From NCBI GenBank assembly GCA_964016885.1, contig OZ024741.1:66960001-67024000 (forward strand): 64,000 bases of DNA, in the 5' to 3' direction. Below, in pieces: positions 60,408-64,000 of this stretch (positions are counted from its first letter, which is position 1; every line of letters begins with the position of its first letter). The position numbers and the translations under genes were made by a program. The DNA comes from Eledone cirrhosa (taxonomy: Eukaryota). The notes beneath the pieces are model-generated. The model made no database searches. It was not told the origin of the DNA and worked only from the letters and a program-made list of their open reading frames with translations.

Positions 60408-63400
60408 TCCCACATCAAGACGTAACATATCCGCGTATAGTTCATACTATCCGTTAGGGTATAACGTGGCGCTGTAATACAGGAAAGTTTTGTTCAATTT
60501 ATGTTTACAAGCCAAAATTGCCTCAGATTTTTTGTTTAATATGTGGTCTTTGGCGTAGAGTATTTCCAGGGACTCAGCGGCGCAGAGGTCACATGGTCTT
60601 TTATTTCCGTTATACGATTTAGCCCTAGCTAGGATATCCCAGTGTAACTTATATTGGGTGTGGTTGTCTTTTAGACGTTTTCTGGCAATGAACAAAAAAA
60701 AACGAAGATAATAAGTCATATGTGGAACGTGGAGAACAATAGCACGCAAAGACAAAACCACGTAAATGGTATAGCAGAAGTTGTAGCCTAAATTTCTAAC
60801 TAGGAGACCGAATGAATCTCCGCTACAGAGTTAAGAACAAAGTAAATAAATACAATACAGAAGTAATAGAAATAAATAAATACATACACGCAAACAAATA
60901 CGTACATACACAAGCATACGCAAAACACTTACCATAGGTATACAAAACCACGCACATATAAATATGTGTGTGTGTATGCGTGTATACAAATAAATAAATA
61001 ATTATATAAACGTATATAAATAAATAAATACGTATATAACAAGCACACCCACATACCTACATGTAAATACACGAATGTTCGGAGACGTAAGTCAACCAAA
61101 ACATGAAGTACACATATACACACACCCTACATACGTACGAACCAGCATACTCACACAGACGCAAAACTTCCGTATACACAAAGCCAAACCATATGTACCA
61201 GAATATATAAAATTATACGCCAAAACATAAACAATTAAATATACGTACGAGAAGGTAAACGTACCTTCACAAAACATACGGGTAATATATACTTACCTAT
61301 GCAAATAAGTAATGGTATAAACAAAACATATACTTAGCTCCCACATCAAGACGTAAAATATCCACGTATAGATCGTACTATCCGTTAGGGTATAACGTGG
61401 CGCTGTAATACAGGAAGGTTTTGTTCAATTTATGTTTACAAGCCGAAATTGCCTCAGATTTTTTGTTTAAGATGTGGTCTGTGGCGTAGAGTATTTCCAG
61501 GGCCTCAGCGGCGCAGAGGTCACATGGTCTTTTATTTCTGTTATACGATTTAGCCCTAGCTAGGATCTCCCAGTGTAACTTATATTGGGTGTGGTTGTCT
61601 TTTAGACTCCAGATATAAGCTGAAAGTGTCGTCATATTCCTTCTTAGAGGGTAACGAAAAGAATGGGTATGCATGTAAAGACGCTGCTTGAATCTATTGG
61701 CGGTTAACCCTATGTAGGCCCTACGGGACGTGGGTGTTACAACCTTACATTTGTAGACGATGTTACTAGAGAGGCATTTCTCGGATAGGGGGCAATCAAA
61801 CTGATTCCTACAAATACAGTTAGTACTAACTACAGGGTTGCACGTGTTTTTACGGCTAGGTAGTTTAGCTAAATTTGAAGCTGTGAAGTTATGTGCAAGG
61901 TTAGGAGTCGTAGAGTAAGACATTTTAATAGTATTTCTATTAAAAATTTTACTATATGTATGTGTAGGGGGAAAATGCTTCGTAATAAGGGAAAGAAAGA
62001 TCTTAGCTAATGGTGTGGCCACCTCCATATTATATGCGACGGGATCTATTTCTTCTAGGTCTATTTTCGTACTCAATATATGCTACCTTATCGACAAATC
62101 CACTTCGAGCAAGAGCTTCATTGTAATAAGTGGAATGGTCGTTGAAAATACGCTCGTTGGTGGAAAGACGGGAAAGCCTCAACGAAACATTTCTTACCAG
62201 GTTCTTGGTTATGCTGTATAGAGAGGTTGAAGACTCTAAAGAAGGCTGTGAGTTCTTTTCTGAACCTGTCGCAAGCACGAGGTCCGCACTTAGTCATGGT
62301 CAAAAGACCATCGTCACGGTACAAACCACCGCCCGCGTTGGGGAATTCATCCTTGATAGAGAAAAGAAGGAAAAGGCCGATAAGATCAGTAACCTCCGCA
62401 GAATCACTGGCGCCCATACTCACGTCGAATGGGGTACTATTGGATTTTTTAATCCAAATAGAGTCGTCGAAATTAATCACCGACTTTCGGCCATTGAGGA
62501 TGACATCAACTTCGAAATCCTTAACCACTGTGAGTGTTATAGCGAAATTGATAGCTCAAAGGAGAAGTGGTGAAGTGATGGAGGAGTAGTAATTGTTGAT
62601 GTCGAATTGGATAAAACAGCAATGTTCCTTGTTACATATGCCGTTGAACCAATCAATCACCGCGAAAGAATTGTTCCACAGTGCAAGAGGGTCCAAACTT
62701 CTAATTTCAGGTATAATTCTATCAAGAATCGTTTTACTAAGTCTGCCTAAATCGGACTTCGTAGGGTTAATAAGCCGAATAGAGGGGTTGTTCGGAAAAT
62801 TGGATTTGTGATCCTTCAGGGTAAAGTGGGGAGAAATAGGCCCTGGAAATACTCTACGCCACAGACCACATCTTAAACAAAAAATCTGAGGCAATTTCGG
62901 CTTGTAAACATAAATTGCACAAAACTTTCCTGTATTACAGCCCCACGTTATACCCTAACGGATAGTACGATCTATACGTGGATATTTTACGTCTTGATGT
63001 GGGAGCTAAGTATATGTTTTGTTTATACCATTACTTATTTGCATAGGTAAGTATATATTACCCGTATGTTTTGTGAAGGTACGTTTACCTTCTCGTACGT
63101 ATATTTGATTGTTTATGTTTTGGCGTATAATTTTATATATTCTGGTACATATGGTTTGGCTTTGTGTATACGGAAGTTTTGCGTCTGTGTGAGTATGCTG
63201 GTTCGTACGTATGTAGGGTGTGTGTATATGTGTACTTCATGTTTTGGTTGACTTACGTCTCCGAACATTCGTGTATTTACATGTAGGTATGTGGGTGTGC
63301 TTGTTATATACGTATTTATTTATTTATATACGTTTATATAATTATTTATTTATTTGTATACACGCATACACACACACACATATTTATATGTGCGTGGTTT

Positions 63401-63660
63401 TGTATACCTATGGTAAGTGTTTTGCGTATGCTTGTGTATGTACGTATTTGTTTGCGTGTATGTATTTATTTATTTCTATTACTTCTATATTGTATTTATT
63501 TACTTTGTTCTTAACTCTGTAGCGGAGATTCATTCGGTCTCCTAGTTAGAATTTTAGGCTACGACTTCTGCTATACCATTTACGTGGTTTTGTCTTTGCG
63601 TGCTATTGTTCTCCACGTTCCACATATGACGTATTATCTTCGTTTTTTTTGTTCATTGCC
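60408..63660 (-). mobile_element. Rearranged Hydra-like PLE: RT plus GIY-YIG (62830 to 61378), 3' UTR to ~60680, extra ORF-end copy (60408-60675) and inverted upstream copy (62840-63660)
   Basis: FTLKDHK, RLINPTKS, QFDINNYY, FDVSMGASDSAEVTDLIG, GGLYRDDGL, YIGLTANRFKQR, CDLCAAE; duplicated segments match by direct reading. Confidence 0.9.
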
Positions 63661-63885
63661 AAAACACACACAGGACAAAATGAAAACACACACACGCATA
63701 GAACAAACAACCAACCAACAATAAATAAATAAATAAATAAACAAATAGATAAATGAACACAAACACACACAGACACCCGGATGTGGCGCATGCGCAAACT
63801 GAGCACACAACACACACACAGAAACAAAATGGCGTAGGATAGAAGAAAGGAAAGGCACAGAAACAAAGAAGGAATCCCCAGTCAC
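63661..63885 (+). mobile_element. Fragment of the Neptune-like pLTR family
   Basis: Matches ~31305-31513; ends at cagtcact followed by (TA)n. Confidence 0.8.
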
Positions 63886-63970
63886 TATATATATATATAA
63901 AGAAAAAGAGATGAAATCGAAAATGCAACTGGAGTCTTATTTTAAAAAAAAATATATATATTTATTTGGT

Positions 63971-64000
63971 TCCTTTACCGGTTTCGCAGTTCTTCTGCTT
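63971..64000 (-). ncRNA. Hammerhead 3' portion running off the window edge
   Basis: Minus strand: aa gcag-aagaa-ctgc GAAA ccgg TA aagga. Confidence 0.55.

Overview
AT-rich, microsatellite-dense eukaryotic DNA with no convincing host-gene exon. The tRNA-derived SINEs and (TA)n/(CA)n/(ACT)n tracts suggest an animal, probably an octopus (inference). Most long ORFs in the track are microsatellite artefacts. Real coding remnants are six Penelope-like retroelements (PLEs; RT and/or GIY-YIG endonuclease, Hydra-like and Neptune-like types), including one near full-length copy with both pseudo-LTRs (18765-22800), plus L1/Tx1 and RTE LINE fragments, many SINEs and two Tc1/mariner MITEs. The main hidden structure is non-coding. 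By eye I can fold about 20 complete or near-complete type I hammerhead ribozyme (HHR) motifs, plus several half-motifs, from more than a dozen unrelated sequence families. Nearly all lie in short ORF-less elements inserted in (TA)n tracts, mostly as fold-back palindromes. Two look like retrozyme/circular-RNA-derived inserts (a 482-nt tandem unit and a 227-nt terminally redundant unit). The inversion junctions repeatedly fall inside the ribozyme, and many of the HHRs have a non-Watson-Crick pair at the base of stem II. All folds and boundaries were read manually and none has been computed or tested.
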